Shown here in pieces: positions 28,001 through 43,200 of a DNA stretch of 64,000 nt (positions are counted from its first letter, which is position 1; each line of letters begins with the position of its first letter). Location: contig CM082586.2 of the NCBI GenBank assembly GCA_040954595.2, positions 401,123-465,122 of the forward strand, given 5' to 3'. The position numbers and the translations under genes were made by a program. A model generated the notes under the pieces. It did no database searches. It was not told the DNA's origin and saw only the letters and a program-made list of their open reading frames with translations. This DNA comes from Balanoglossus misakiensis. Lineage: Eukaryota > Animalia > Hemichordata.

Positions 28001-31000
28001 TAAGGAAAATTACATTGAATTTAAACGTGGAATCTAGAGCGATAAGTGCCTAAACGATGCTGTGTTGCTACACGTGAAATGGACACAGCCATCTTTATAG
28101 CGAAATATACACATTACAAAATTAAAACATATCAAATTCTATTTATCCATTTCTATTTGAGGATGTAGAGTCAGTAAAGTTGAAATTTCTTTTGATTGCA
28201 TATTTTTAATTGTCCTTTGTAGGTGTTATCAAATCGATAATAAAATGTTCTAGTTTATGAAACATAAGGCTGTGAATTCAGTCGACAACTGCTGAAAAAA
28301 CGATGAATCATTTTAAAGAATATATTTCCCTGGGGAGGACAGTTGTGATTTTCGGTATTTATTGCTAACTTTGGTTCAAATGCATTTATGTATGTGTCAC
28401 TGCATATTGTGGACAAACGCACTACTTTATTGAGATGTACTTGCACAATTAGTTACAGATGTGAATGTCCCCTGTTGCTGGGAATTGGTATTCATACACG
28501 GTTGCCATTCTATGTGTGATCTAATCGCCTTTTGAAACATTCACGTAACTATAGTTACGAAAGACAAGGTCGGACGTCTTACCATTTGAGTCAAATATAT
28601 ACCGTGGACATAAAATCTAACAGAATTTAGGAAACGCGAATATGTTTATCTGGTTGCAACATGTCTTTGACCAACCATTGCCACACGTGTGAATTCTGTG
28701 GAAACGATGTGTACTTTGTGCACTGGTTGTTTTGTTAGCGTGTATATATCATTGCACTGGTGTTTCTTCAACGTTAACAAAAGGATTACTTCACCCATTG
28801 TGAAAATCCACAAAACCAATTCACCGGGGATCTTTTCACACCACATAACGCAAAACCAATTAGTGGCTTTCCATACAAGTGTTGTAAACTGACAGACCGA
28901 GAAACTCTATTGAAATGTTAAAGCCCCTTCCAGATGTTGCCAGAGGTAGAAGCATATTTATATATGCGTATGTAGGAATCTTTGTGTTTCATTTGAAAGA
29001 TGCTATTGTTATAAGGTAACTCAGCCATTAACTGGAGCTCAGTGGGGACCTGTATTAGCAACTATCCCCACATTATAACTCCTGTAAAATTATGTGGAAT
29101 TTGCGGGCTGTGTCACGTCTATTTTTAATGTGATGGGAATGACATGTAATGCTAATGTACGGCACGAGTTGGCAATACGCCAAAAAATGTAGGTTACCCT
29201 GCGCACACGTTTCTGGACAGGTGATGTATATATATACTCTATGTCCATAGGATATAATGATAGTTTTTTTGTAAAATTTGAAAAAGTAACAATCAACATG
29301 ATCCGTAAGTTGCTTTCCGATCTACTTTATATGAATACGAAACGTTCTGAAACATCTGGCACATTAAAGTTTAATTTCATTTTGAGGAAAGGCAAGGCAA
29401 GTGATCACCAATCCATATCATTGTATACAAAATCTGTTTTCTATCCATACTGCTATTTCTATCCATACATCAATTACCTCGGAGTATTTGATAAAATAGT
29501 GACTTTTAAAGTCAAATTTCTTTGATCGGAAAATAAGCCCTGGATTTGCTACAAGCTCCAAAACGATAAACATTCATTTCACTGTGGCCGTTCAACTGTA
29601 ATCGAGATAAAGCTGTATGCGTCTACGTGGTGATCGATGTATAGTGAGTACAGCTTAGCTGCCAAAGCTACATTAAGCGGCGAAATTTATGATTGAAATG
29701 CCAATATCCGACCACAGGAAGCAAACTCACTACCTTTAAAAGGGACGAATTAGAAAGAGTGGCGAGGAGACCGTTTGAACGACTGTTTTTTTGATGGGAG
29801 TGATTGCTTTGTTTATAAAGATACAAGTATGTCGAAATGAGATTATTTCCCGCCAATAAATCAAGTCTGGTTTGTCTTTTATATTCACTTGTTGGCAGAA
29901 GAATAACCCCTTACTTTTGTGCGTGGACAGTACACTGCCCATCAATTTCCCGGCGCCCGACCTTTTGCTGTTAACTTTCATGCGCGACTTTTAATGGCAC
30001 AATTAAAGTGACAACGTTTTAAATAGCTTGGCGTTCGATTCAGTGGTACGTAACTGACAAGAGTTAGCCAACGCTCAACACAGCAGAACAATTTATATGC
30101 CAGGTTATGTTGGTCAGGGGTTAAGTCATTAAAGAACTCGAGAATATATGGAGCTAAATTGGATCCGTTATGGGCAGATGGTTTTAGAAACGTTCAACGA
30201 ATGTTCTTCGGAGTGTTCCCTTCTTTGCTTGTCAGACTTAGAATAAGGTAGTCTAAATCTTTCATGATATAAGGTTTCAGATTTACAATTCTGCGAGCGC
30301 TGTGATTGGTCAAGAGACAGACACGTGGGTCACTCAGCTTGCGTTTTCCTCCAAGCAGTCTGGTTTCCTGATAATCGCGTCATTTCACGCGCAGATTGTC
30401 GTTAGTTGGGCGCCATATGACCCGGATGATCACCTTGTACAATGGACTGCCCGTCTTGCATCAGAATCACAGTTCTGTCAATTATTACGTGAAAGAGCAA
30501 GACTGCTATACTGTTCATCAGGATTAAAACGACATGCAAATTTGTAATTATTTAGATAAAAATAAACATTATAGAAAAATGCGTACAAATGTATACGCAG
30601 ACACTGGTCAATCAAGGTTTATTCTAATTAAATCTAATTACCCATCATATTTATTGGCAGATCTTTCCTATCTACTGCTACGTAATATCAAATCATTTTC
30701 TTAATTAACAGAGAAACTGTGGATTTATCTCAGGTAACCAGAAGATTGCAAATTTCCCCGCTGTTTTATTTTGTCAGTCGCAGACTATAGTCGTGTCTTA
30801 TTGAGAGTGTGAACAATCGCGTTGCCATCACAACCAAGCCATTGATACACCCATCACCGCGTTTCCACTATGCAGTACGTGACATTTAAGGTTTTATGAA
30901 ATCAAAAGAAGTTAAGAGTGAAGATTGCCATCAGAGGCCACGGGAAAATGTCAATCAGGACTCGGAAAAACGTTGAAGCTACCTGAAGTAATCAGACATA

Positions 31001-34000
31001 TTAAAACATTGAAAAATCACCGTATATCTTGAAGACATTTTGACCGGAATACACAAATACATTATTTATTATTTTTACTGTCTATATATGTACCCGTGTA
31101 TCAAACAACCTATCTTCCCAGTTCAACTGAATCTTAGATCTTTGCACTGGTTCCTTTTCCTGTCTAATAACAGTTTTTAATTTGGACAAGAGCGAAGCAC
31201 AAGACGAAACGTTTACCTTGTTATCGTCGCCACCCTTATCGCTGTTGAAACCCGACTCAGTAATAAGCCATGATGAGGGCGGTATGGAATGGATATATAG
31301 ATTGCCTCGCCCAGGGGGACAGGCAGGGACATATGCATTGATGAATGACTCACAATGAATTCCTAATCACAATTAAATTTATGTGCTCATTATCCTGTTT
31401 CTGTCTGTGGTAAATTCATTCGTCTTTTTTCTACAATTCTGACGGCCATTAAGCTTCACCATAATAAAATAGTTTCATCTGTCATCTTGGTTACCATAGA
31501 AATACGGTTATCATCAAGGGACTATTTTTTAAATAGTTTACTTTTCTAAAAACGGCATTGTGGACAGATGAGCGCCTGAGGTACAATTACACGCGCTTGT
31601 TATTATATTTGATCAATTCTCGTGTTTCCATAGTGACCGTTTCACTGATGGCAATCCACATTTTTCTTTTGCAAACTTTTTACAGGTATTTTTGATAGCA
31701 TGTTCGGCCTTGGTCCCATCATCGGCTTCGTGGTTGGGTGGCAACTGGGAACAGTGTACGTCGATTTTTACAACACAGACACAGATCTGACGCGGGAAGA
31801 CCCTCGCTGGGTTGCTGCTTGGTGGATCGGCATCCTGGCTGGGGGCGCTCTTGTCTTCTTCGCCTCGGTGCCGTTCTGGTGTTTCCCGCGAAAACTGTGG
31901 GTTGAATGGCAACCTGTGAGTAGTGCAGTGAAGGAGCCATTACAGGAACCCCAAGAGGAAGCTGAACTGACAAAGGAACAAGAGGCTGCTGGGACAGAAA
32001 TTGTCATGCGTCCCAGGAAGTTACCAAGGCGTATCAAAGGTAAACTTGTGCACTCACTTGAACTTGCATCAATGCCATTTCCTCTTCATGGCATTAGTTC
32101 ATTAACTAAGTTGTGAAGCGAAATCTCATTACACCGTGCAAAACGTTTAAGCAATGATACTGCGAATATTTCCGGCGTTGTACTGGGCTTCATTGGGCGA
32201 CAGAGAGTCCACTCTCAGCATGATCACGACTTGAAACCCATCTAATAACTGCACCAGGCTGCAGTGTTGTAATTACTGACTTTCAAATGTTATGGCTTCC
32301 CCATCAATAATTCAAGCCTCCTCTGTCTCGGAATGATTTTGCGCATGCGTAACGGTGACAATCCGTCGACCTGCTCGACCACCTGTGAGATCACGTGGCG
32401 AATATTGCCAGTGGCACAGGTTGCCTTTAACTCTATCAATTTCCAGAGATTTTTTAAAGATATATGTGCGATTACTGATAGTTTGACACCCCACCGTTGA
32501 TGTCACATTATACAAGATAGAACGGAAGAGTGTTGATGTCAGAAAAGTAAAGCGTCGATCAGACACCTGACCGTTTCTAAGACGTTTAACACCTCTCTTT
32601 CAACTAAAACGAATTCTTAGCTCTCAGCGTGGTCACGTCACATCGCGTCAAATGCATGCTGTGTTCTCGATGTCTAAATAGTTGTGTTCGTGACGAGAAT
32701 TCAGATAAGCTCGGTCAGAGAAGATCGTAAATTTTCCCTTACTCAATTCATTTCCTTCACAGATATGCCGGGTACAACAAAGAGACTGTTCGGCAACTGC
32801 ACCTTTGTCTGTATTAGTATGGGAGCTTGTTGCGAATTAGCCTTTGCCGCTGGTTACTATCTCTTCCTGCCCAAGTATTTGCAGTCGCAGTATGGCATTA
32901 GTGCATCATTCGCTGACCTCGTTATGGGTAAGAACAAGATCACGTGACATCCATCTCAGAAAACGCCACTCTTTTGGCTCATTTCACAAAAACTCAGGCC
33001 TAAAAAGGTGCTGGTTTTTCAAAACAATTTTTTAAATATTGTTTACGTGTGTATATGAGTCAAATTATTTCTTTAACTATAGGAGCACAAACAAGAAATA
33101 TTTTGAACACAAAAATGAAAAAAAAATCATTCGTATTCATCTCGTACGATGGCAAATGTTATTGTCACGAGTGAGACATGTTGTCTATTAGAGAATTCTT
33201 AATTGACGCTTCGTGTCAGTTATCCCTGTGGCAGTCACGTGACTAGGTTTAGATGCAGTAATAGAGTTCGTACTGTAACCAGAAAGGACTCATTATTGAT
33301 CATCTCTGCGCACCTGGAGGCCTTTCCAATAAAGACTATTAGTCTCATATTTTGTATGTCTGTAACACACGTGACATGGTTTGTTCTAAAGCCCCGGGCG
33401 TCTAATTTGTGCGAATCGAATATTAGGGCTATTTTCATTTTTCTGTCATTTGGAAACACACCATTATCGTGATTAGAGCAATATTAATGCAATTTACTGT
33501 TCTATGTATCTTTTTATGACATATTTATATATTTTTTTAAATTTAAAACAGCGTGTGTACCAGCGCCCTCCTTCGTCGTTGGGGTCATAATTATCGGACT
33601 TATCATCTACCGTTTTAATTTGAGTCGGAAGGGAATGACGATTCTGCTGGTCGTTCTCGCTTTCTTCTCGACGGTTCTGATGGGTTTGCAATTATTACTC
33701 GGTTGTGATTCGCCCGTATTCGCAGGTGCAAACGTCAACTACAATGACAGGTAAGAACTGTCCATTTCTGACTAGACATTGTAAATTCACACAAGTAAAA
33801 TTCTAATCAAACTAATTTTAGCAGTGTCCATTATTGTCCATTATGTGTATTATTACTGTTCCACAAAATGTATTAATTTATTTATTCATTCATTCATCTG
33901 AATTTTTCTTCATCTCTTTATTTACGTGGGATTTTAGGTATGATTTGAAGATTAAAGGTTTATCCGCTGACTGTAATAATGACTGCGGTTGCACTGAACG

Positions 34001-35543
34001 TGCGTTTAACCCAGTGTGCGGCTCCAATGGCGTCACATATTACTCGCCATGTTATGCTGGGTGTACTAGCAAACAAGATGGGGTGAGTTTCTTGTCCGTA
34101 AATATAGACCATTTTTCGAACTCCCCGAGACCACGCGAGATCTCGCGTGGCCAGGGAGAGCATTCTCATGTGACAAATGACAAGCGGCTCTATATCTATT
34201 CTACTTTCATACAGGAATGTATTACTTTCTCAGCAATTCGTTGCTATGGCAATTATTGACAATGGGCACTGAAAAGCAGATATGCTAAACATTTTAACCT
34301 TGCAGAAATTCATCGAATGTGAATGTCTGGCGCCAAGGACGACGGCTTCACCTCTGAGCACGCTCAGTTCTGAAGACAACAACCTAACTGCCGACGTCAC
34401 CATGGCATACAATATCGACGTCACTGGCAGCACACCGGAAGTACCCAAGGAATATCCAGACCCGGCCACTCAAGGAGTTTGCAAACGAGATTGCGTTTTC
34501 TTCATCCCTTTCATGGTCATGCTGTGTTTCAGCACGGTTCTCCTGAGTATGGAAGCAATTCCGGTTGTCATGGTAACGCTCAGGTGGGTATTTACCACAA
34601 TGTTTAAATCATGTTCTGGCGACAGTTTTTCTGAATGACAAATGATCATTGCCTACAAATCGGATACAGGCTAATTACCTGAATAACCTTTTTTCCCGCA
34701 GGAGCGTCACACAGATGGATAAGGCATTCGCTATTGGAATACAGTACCTGATCATCAGACTTTTCGGTGCGTGATTTGCTGCTTTTTTTTACGTTTGTGT
34801 TCTTTTGTGGGTTTGTGGGTTCAAAATGTTGAGTACTTCGATTGCTGCAATCTCGTCCACAGAAATGTTCAATAACATTTATCACATCTTCAACCGTTTC
34901 AGGTTTTGTTCCTGCACCAATATACTACGGAAAAACAATCGACCTGAGCTGCATTCTCCGACACACTAAACCCTGTGGAGAGTCTGGTGCATGCTGGGTA
35001 TACGACATTGAGACATACAAGTACTGGTACTTTGGATTGTCGATTGCCTTGAAGGGCGTGGCCTTTATTTTCTTCGTCATGGCGCTGATCAGCCTTTGCA
35101 CTTGCAAACCCAAAACGGAGCTCATCGATTTCGAGGCGGAGACAACCGCCCTCACCGTTGGGGAAGTGACGCCGAAATCAGACGATGGAAAGAAAGACAA
35201 AAAAGGTAAAAAGGAGAAGAAGGCGAAGAAAGATAAGAAGAAGACACCGCAAGGTGGTGCTATTGAGGAAGATGGCGAGATGGAACCCGGAGAAACTTCG
35301 ACCTTGAGAGCGGACGAGAAAGATCGGCAGAAACCTGCGCAAAGAGACGTGGAAAGGCTTGCCATGACAGATGACCCAGAAGGTTCACGTGGAAGTCAAA
35401 GTGAGGACCGATTCGTCATGGCCGACCCGCAGAATGTGCAATCCGAAGAAACAAAATTGGCGGAAGTTGTGACCCGACACGATTCCAACAAATCTTTGAA
35501 CAAAGATGACGACATCCAAGACATCGACGACATAACCGACTGA
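19047..35543 (+). CDS. OATP/SLCO family transporter gene B, 8 coding exons, ~1135 aa
   Basis: Exons 19047-20607, 31686-32039, 32763-32927, 33552-33750, 33938-34082, 34306-34583, 34702-34766 and 34903-35543 join in frame (3408 nt). Motifs: [28 protein letters not shown], the OATP signature [11 protein letters not shown], Kazal-like [27 protein letters not shown], and [11 protein letters not shown]. Confidence 0.95.
23148..23232. mobile_element. 85-bp non-autonomous piggyBac-type MITE
   Basis: TTAA|CCCTTTCACC...GGTGAAAGGG|TTAA: 10-bp TIRs starting CCC, with TTAA on both sides (23144-23147 and 23233-23236). Related copies occur elsewhere in the window. Confidence 0.85.
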
Positions 35544-37407
35544 ACAGTTTAAAAAGAACAAAAAATGTGTGTACTTATTTGAATTCACAGATTATCGATA
35601 GATTGGACAATCTTCTGTCAGTTCTGACAAGAACCGCAGGTCGACGGGAATGTGACGTCATCATTCGTAAATGGATGATCGTGAAATATAATTTCTAAGT
35701 GATGTCGAAGAGGGGGCAAAATGGTTCTAACGGGTGAGATACAACAATGTGACCCACATGAACAAATTTTAACACATTTAAAGTTTCTACATTTTGATAG
35801 ATGTTGATATAATACCACGAATTCGTTTATTGTTGTGCTTTGCATCATTGCTGTGATGATAAATGTAGTATTGAGTGAATGCAATTAATCAGTGACGTCT
35901 TATGGTATTCAGAAACGTTTCAGCATCGAAAGTTTTAAATTTGGAAATCATACCAAAGAGTGTTTCTTATCTGGCTAATTAGAGGAGTAATCGTTTTTGA
36001 TAATCAACCATGATGTAAAAATAACGGAATTCACTTACTGTTCATATTTTGTGAATTTTGTCAAGGTATTATCTGTATTGCGACCAATGAATAGCATTCC
36101 ATATTTATAGATGTTCAGATATTCATAGATTGACACAATGTTCTGTTTCTGATAGTCATTGTCATTTAAGCTCTAGGTGGGCATGCGTAGCGTTACTTTG
36201 ATTAGTGTTATTTTGCTCATCATCAGTTTTCACAGTACAGCACGTTTGTCCGTTTACAGTTTCACGTCAGTTGAATTTTCAGGAACGCCGTAACTATTGA
36301 CAAAATGCATTTATTACGTCAGTATGTATAAAGTAGTTCACGTCTATGTAAAAATTTGTAAATCGCGCTGAATTTGAAATGCTATATTTCATTTCCATGT
36401 ACATTTTGAGAAACGTCTTCTTTTAAAGTAACCATCTTATATAGTTGTTATCAAATTTTAAATTCTAAATATTCCTGAACATGAGGTGTTTTATCTGTTT
36501 TATGAAATAAGCTAAGTACATTCGTTTTGTAAAATGATCTGGAATAATGAATTTGTAGATTGAAGCTCGTTGCATATTGTCGTCTGGCATATGAACGTAT
36601 AGTGTACTTTAAATTTCGTCATTCAACCACTAGTATAGTAAAAGCGCCCTCTAGTTACTTTCAGCTTCGCTATGAAACGACCATGTAATCCTGCGCTGTG
36701 TACAATAGATTTTACATTTACATATTGTTTTGACGATACTGGTTTCCCTTAAGTCTTTCGTCTAACATCTTCATGTCTGTTTGCAGTTAGACCTTTAAAA
36801 CTAAGGTATTTCTTATTTGCTCTGTTATTACGAACCATATTTCTGAAATAGCGAAAATTATGTCCATACGCTATGGTTTTGGCCCTATTTTGGAAGTACA
36901 TGTATGAACGGTGATAGTCACGTGTACAAAAGTACAATTCAGGGTTCAAACTTTACATCGCAACTTTGTGCCTTTCCGCCCAAGATTTCCTGAGCGTGTA
37001 AGATTATGTATTTCGCTTTACCGCACATTGACAGTCGACCCTCAAAGCACGTTTTAAAGTATTACCAGTATTTAAAGATACTTTACACTATTGTTGTGCT
37101 GTTTTCCCAGTTTGTCAAATATTGTAAACGTTCACAGGTTTTATACTGTGTTCTCTAATAAGTGAAATGGCTGATTCCTACCTTTGTGATAATTCAGTAC
37201 CATTCTACATCCTTATTGGTGCTTCATTGTCACGTGAGCAGACCAACGTCTAATCATCCAGTATTTCAATCCGGGACATTTAAAAATGACTTTTCAGCTC
37301 CTGAAAGAAGGACATCAAAATGTTAGGATCAGTTTCACAAAATCCACTAGAGCTCAAAAACCCAAAATGATTATCTGATAAAATTAGAATTCAAAAATTT
37401 CTGTAAA

Positions 37408-37850
37408 TATGAGGTTATTACGAAAATACCGCAAAGTATGCACGAGTATCGCCCAACGCGTAGCGGAGGGCGATGCGCTGCGCTAATGTCCGAGTGCATA
37501 CTTTGCGGTATTTTCGTAATAACCTTATTATTATACATCTTACATCTCCGTTAGTTCTTGTGTTGCATGTTACTTGGCTTTCAAAACGCCAAAAATGCCG
37601 ATACAATCGATCGAAAACCGCTCAGTTGACTCAGTGAGCAGCCATCTTTGTTTTTTGTTTACGTGTGCGCACGTGCGTTGGAGTGGGGGCGCCTTGAAAC
37701 CGTCCGCATAACAACGCATACCTGTACACGGTGAGTTGGGGCGCCTTGAAACCTAAAACTTATTTAATGCGCGTTCCGTACGTACCGTTCCGTACGGCTT
37801 TTTATTGCACGCCAAAATCTATTGTTCTCGGCACTGGATGTATAATAATG
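37408..37850. mobile_element. Putative non-autonomous element built from two abutting inverted-repeat modules
   Basis: A perfect 32-bp IR at 37412-37443/37494-37525 is immediately followed by a 13-bp IR at 37527-37539/37837-37849. There is an internal near-identical 21-bp direct repeat at 37681 and 37733. Confidence 0.6.
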
Positions 37851-40267
37851 AACTTTATCATACCAAGACTGTTTTTCTCATTTTGGCTGACGTTTTCGTA
37901 TTTTGTAGTGGTAGCACCCTTAACTTCCCAAAAATTGAGAATTTCCAGCACAATACTTGAGTGGTCCTTTTGTACGCACAGTGTTTGTAAACTTACTGCC
38001 ATTTTTTGGTGCATTTGGATCATCTTGTCAAGTGTTATGAAATAAACTTTAAAAACACACCACCTTTGTGTGTTTTTTGTTTTTTGTTCTACAAGTTTAG
38101 GCGAACACATTTTGGGCGACAAAATAGTGTCTTAGATATCACTGCATCACGCCTGGGCCTATGACGTCAATGAGAAAATCACGCCTGTGTGTGACGTCAC
38201 ACATTCACATCGAGAATCGAACATGTTATAAAGCTCTTAAGATAGTAAGATAGCGTGGTAAAAAGTCACCCTTTTGAAAGCCAACTTTCTGATCGTAATC
38301 TCCGTGAATTCACCCTTGATTAAATTGAGTCAATCAGTCATAACGATATACGCCTTCGCATTAAAGGGAAGGGTCACCAAAGGTGATTTTTGCATATATG
38401 TTTCTAAGGGTTGGTTAGCCAATGGAAGTCGTTTTCACCAACCACAACAAATCACCCGTTGAAATATACACAGGTACAAATACAAACACGAAAATACAAA
38501 TGGTGCAAGTGCAAGGGTGATGTGGCGAATGGCGTCACCGTTCTCGGCATCGGGTTCGTGTGGACCGGAAAAGTTGAACCCTTGCAAATTATTTTTCAAA
38601 CGTATATGTACGCCAATATAAAGGCCCAGATGACGTCAGGATAGGGCGTCGGGATATTAACAATTTCCTTCGGCGCCAGTTGATCCTATCAATAAAATAT
38701 CATCATCTCCTACGTCATCTGATCGTGCTAAATTATTCTTTAATGTTAAATTGACTGTTTAGTTACGGCAAACTTAACATATCTTTCGGTTCTCTTTTAA
38801 TGGTAGATGGCTGAAATGCAGTGATGAAAGTTATTCTGCCAGACCAGTTAACATACCACAATGCATTCCCATAACAAGTCTTTGAAGTCGACTGGTAGAC
38901 ATAACACTCGCGTGAACCAACTTTAAGCACAAATCGTGATCTAACGTTGTATATGTCTCCATGTGAAAGAATTTCAAAAGAAAATACCGCCAGTATTCAG
39001 TAGGAATGTTATCTAAGCCTTTGTTCTCCCAGACAGGTGTTGAGGGAAATAATCCGATGTGTTCAATAGCGCGCAGGTCGACGTAACCTACATGGATGGA
39101 GAGCTTTAACTTTTCGGATTGAGAAATTCGGTGTGTTAACAATGTCAAGGGCATCGGTTTGGACGGCCATGAACGTCACTGGGAAATCTGGGTCACTGAG
39201 CATGGTCACGTGGTTTTAGCTAGCGTGTGGTCACGGCGATAATCATGTTTAAAACCTTTATTAAATTTGGTTTTTCCCAGAAGATCGCATCATCACCGTC
39301 ACCCCCATCAAACGCTAGTTTACTCCAATCATCAATGGTCTGCATTCCTTACACGCAGCAGAGTCATGGTGACTCTTCTTGTCCCAGGTGCTCTCAACAC
39401 AAAACATGCAGGTCCCCTATTTGTTTTAAATAATGACTAATGCCTGAGTCACCATATGCTTGGGCGAGCAATTGTGAACAAGTTCGATGTGTGTCCGTCC
39501 CGTGACTAATCATGCGAGTAGGTGGACACTTGAATGACAGTGTGCGCAAATAAAACTGTTCAGAGATGACGAAAAGTCGGTCACGATCTTGAAACAGGTG
39601 GTTAGTTAATTCAACATGCAAAAATGAAATCTATTTGGACTATAGATTATTTCATACTATTAGAAAAGGTGCAAATCTGTTTAAGTTTTATCGACCATCC
39701 CGTTATTATCATTCCAATCGTGGATTCATAACTGTTCATTGATTTTGGGGCAAACGTTATACGTTGGAGGACACGTACGAGAAACTATAATCCTTGTTTG
39801 ACTGACGATGCGGGACCATTCATTGGTTTGGGCCCCGTGTTCTCGAAATAATGAGGTCGTGCCTTTGCATTATATGCAATGTGCATAGAGCTATACCTAA
39901 TCAATTACGTCGATGAGATCATGCGTTTTCATTAACAATTGTACATGCGCACTCTGAGTTCAGCCAAATGTCAGTGGCGTAGTTGGCGTTGGCAGCAGCA
40001 CGCCTCTCCCTTCTTCCGACCTACTTTTCGTGTTAAACGAGACATAAAATACCCTATGGTTCTCTTACGTATACAGGCTATGATTAGATTCGGAAATGCG
40101 TTCAGCATTGACACAGACACCCTTACTACGCGGCTTCCAGAATGAACACTGCCCACGTGTTGCGATGCATTTTTAACGTTGCCCTAGTCAGTCTCTGCTA
40201 TATAGTTGCGGATGGACTGGCTTTAATCGTGGACACGCGACGAGACGAGCACAGTAAGCAGACCACG

Positions 40268-43200
40268 ATGAAAGCCTATCTTCCACTCACAGATATCCAA
40301 GTCTTTCTTCTGGCTTTTCTCGTCTGCCTAGCTTTCTTCCACTACACCAAACCACTCGTCGTACGCGGCTTCCCACCAGGACCGTGGGGATGGCCCATCG
40401 TCGGCTGTCTCCCGTCGTTTGTCAACAACGAACCACACCGTGTTTTAGCCGACATGGGGAGAAAATATGGACCGGTGTTCAGCCTCCGTCTCGGCACGGA
40501 GCTTGTTGTGATCGTCAACGGCTACAAAGCGATACGAGAAGCGCTGGTAAAAAGGGGAGAGTTTTGCAACAGCCGTCCCAGCATGCCGATTATGCAGCGT
40601 ACTACAAAGCAATTAGGTAAGTTTTTTTTATATTCTATGACCAAGGAAATAATCAATTAAATATTGAAATGATTCAGTTATACTACACAAAATCATTATA
40701 GCGACACCTTCTTGATATAAATAGGCTTGAAAACATTTCGTCAGAAAATGATATTAATATCTGATGCATAAGGCATCTCATATATTATAGATACAGAATC
40801 TATTTTCATTGCCGCGTCTATTAAAGTGCCACCTCGTATGATGCATGGATGTTTCCACAATTGATGACTTGCTACTTTTATTTGAAGGAAAGCTTTCAAC
40901 AAATGGACTACCAAATGAATGAGATATTTTCTTCTAAGTGATGGAAGGTTCGTGTTATTAGGCCTATAGTTACGACAGGCGGGTTACTCGTGGTCATATT
41001 CTGACGAAGCTTTAGCTGTATATATGTACTCAGTTAAACTGCATCAATTGAGGGGACTGAACAACCCGATCATAAATGTGTTGATGACTAAACGTGCTGA
41101 ATTTATCGTGACCCTTTTTATGACTGTGTTTTCACACATTGCTGCATTTTCTAGCCCAGTCGAATGATCTGAACAAGAGCGTATCAAAATTAAATGTCAA
41201 AACTCTTAAACTGTGGCTCAATAGTGGGCCACGTTAATCGATCATGTGAAAACCTTCATGTTAAGTACTATAAATGTACGAAAAGGTTAAGGGGTGACTG
41301 GAATATATACACAATGCAAACAAATACAGAGTTAGTTGCCATGCAGACACGCTCCGTTACTAAGAGGGAACGGGTCCACCAGGGTTATCATATACACACG
41401 TACCAATTTCAATGTCAATGTGTCATTGTATGACTCAAGTGACTGGCGTTTTATCGTGGGCCTAGGTAACTTTGCTCTTGGATGTGATAACATTTAATTC
41501 TTGTCCCGCGTTGTTTATGTGTTCATAAGTTTATCCTTCAATGTCCATTGTACATGTATACATTTGTGTCGTATACACAACACCTAACCCTAACCACAGA
41601 CCCTCTTTCTTGAGGGACTGTGCCCTAACCTTGCGGCGTGCGGAGCATTATAATAAGGAATAAGAACGCCGACTTCCAAATCTTTCATGGGGTTACTTTG
41701 GGGAAGTATCATGATTAGAATTGCACAACCCGGGGTCGCAATCCCACGATAGCTGCCGTTTCTTTTCATTACTGGTTAAAATACAGTTCAATCAGGCATC
41801 ACCTTTACATGTTACGATTTCGCGTTTGATGTTATTTTTGGAATAAAGGTTACGACCTTAATTTTGGATTTCTAAAACATCTATTCAGGCCAGATACGTG
41901 TCTGTTTTCTACCGGATATCAGAATCACAAGACAAAAGTGGAAATAGTACAGTGGAATCAGTGTATTGACAAAGTTACCCAAACTGAAAACGCTTCTATT
42001 CACAGGCACTGTGACATAGGCGACCTGTGGTATAGTATTCAATGATTCAGGAATATCCATAACACATGGGTAAATCTTACATACGTGTTTTTCATCCAAA
42101 GTATTTATCACATGCAAACAGTCATTCACTGTCTGCGATTGTTCAAAAGAAAGTAAACATAATTTCATTCCCATAACAATAATTCTATTGGCCTCTATCT
42201 GACCTCCACCGTCGAAGACCTTTCCGGATTCTTCGCCAGAAAATGCAAACTGTAGCTGGTTGACACACATTCCAAAGGAGGTCAGATTTCAAGTGCCAAA
42301 GAGTTTTTTGGCAATTACTTACTGGCACGCACAGTAGCACCGTTTTTCTCATGAATTGTCACCATCGATTTTTTGGCGTGGTTGTTGATTGCATCAACTA
42401 AATTGATTCCAGCAGAAGTCAAACTGGGAGAGAAAGAATGCAGAAAGTCATTTTTCAGCTGTGCACTTGTAGCCTAGAAGTGTAATTCGAAGAAAGTGGG
42501 CGATTGTAGTAGGCCTACCGGGGAAAGAAAGGCACTCAGCATAGCGTAGACTATAAAAAGATAATGAGGTTCAAGTACGAATAGCATACGTGTTCTTGTT
42601 AGAAGTGACAAGAACACAGAATATGTTGAACACACATGCAGGCTACTTGTATACACTGTATTGACAGTTGGTCTTACTTCAAAGGGTCTGTTCCGGATTT
42701 AAAGAGTTTAACAGAGAGCTTGTGTTACAATTGAAATTATTCCAGTAATGGTGATATGACGTCAAACATCGGTCATCTATTTCATTCGCACGCTCCAAAG
42801 TGCACCAGGTTATGTTTTAATATGTCGATTCACGTTGCCATGTTTCGGTAAAACCGCATATGGGGCGCAGCTGTGAAATGGTCGGTTATTATAATTGTCA
42901 TGTTGAGAAACTTACGAAGCAAGCTGTGTGACAAATGTTAAAGCATCTCATTACCGAAAGCTATGTCAGGATCACGCGGAGTGTCTGTTGGGGGCGTTGT
43001 GCATTGACCAGAAACACCAAGCAGCTTCAAATGTGAACGGCAAACGTCATCTATGATGACGATGACGTATGACAGGCAGTCAATGTTGGGGAAGGAGGGG
43101 GGGGGGGGTTCAGACGAGGAAGTGGATCCGCATCAAAGTTATAAGGGGATACGGCTAACAGGGAAGAGGTGAAATTTTGACAGTAAACGTGTTATTTGTT

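Noticed and set aside
20608-31685. Many 60-100-aa ORFs in the 11-kb SLCO-B intron, as a possible nested gene or transposase
   Set aside because: They have no recognisable motifs or consistent exon chain, and their lengths are as expected by chance.
40142-40267. Upstream in-frame extension of CYP gene A (and 45374-45445 for gene B)
   Set aside because: The ATGs at 40268 and 45446 directly precede the TM anchor and give normal ~500-aa P450s. The extensions are likely promoter or UTR sequence.
41582-41594. Telomere-like cctaaccctaacc
   Set aside because: Only two units, which is chance level.
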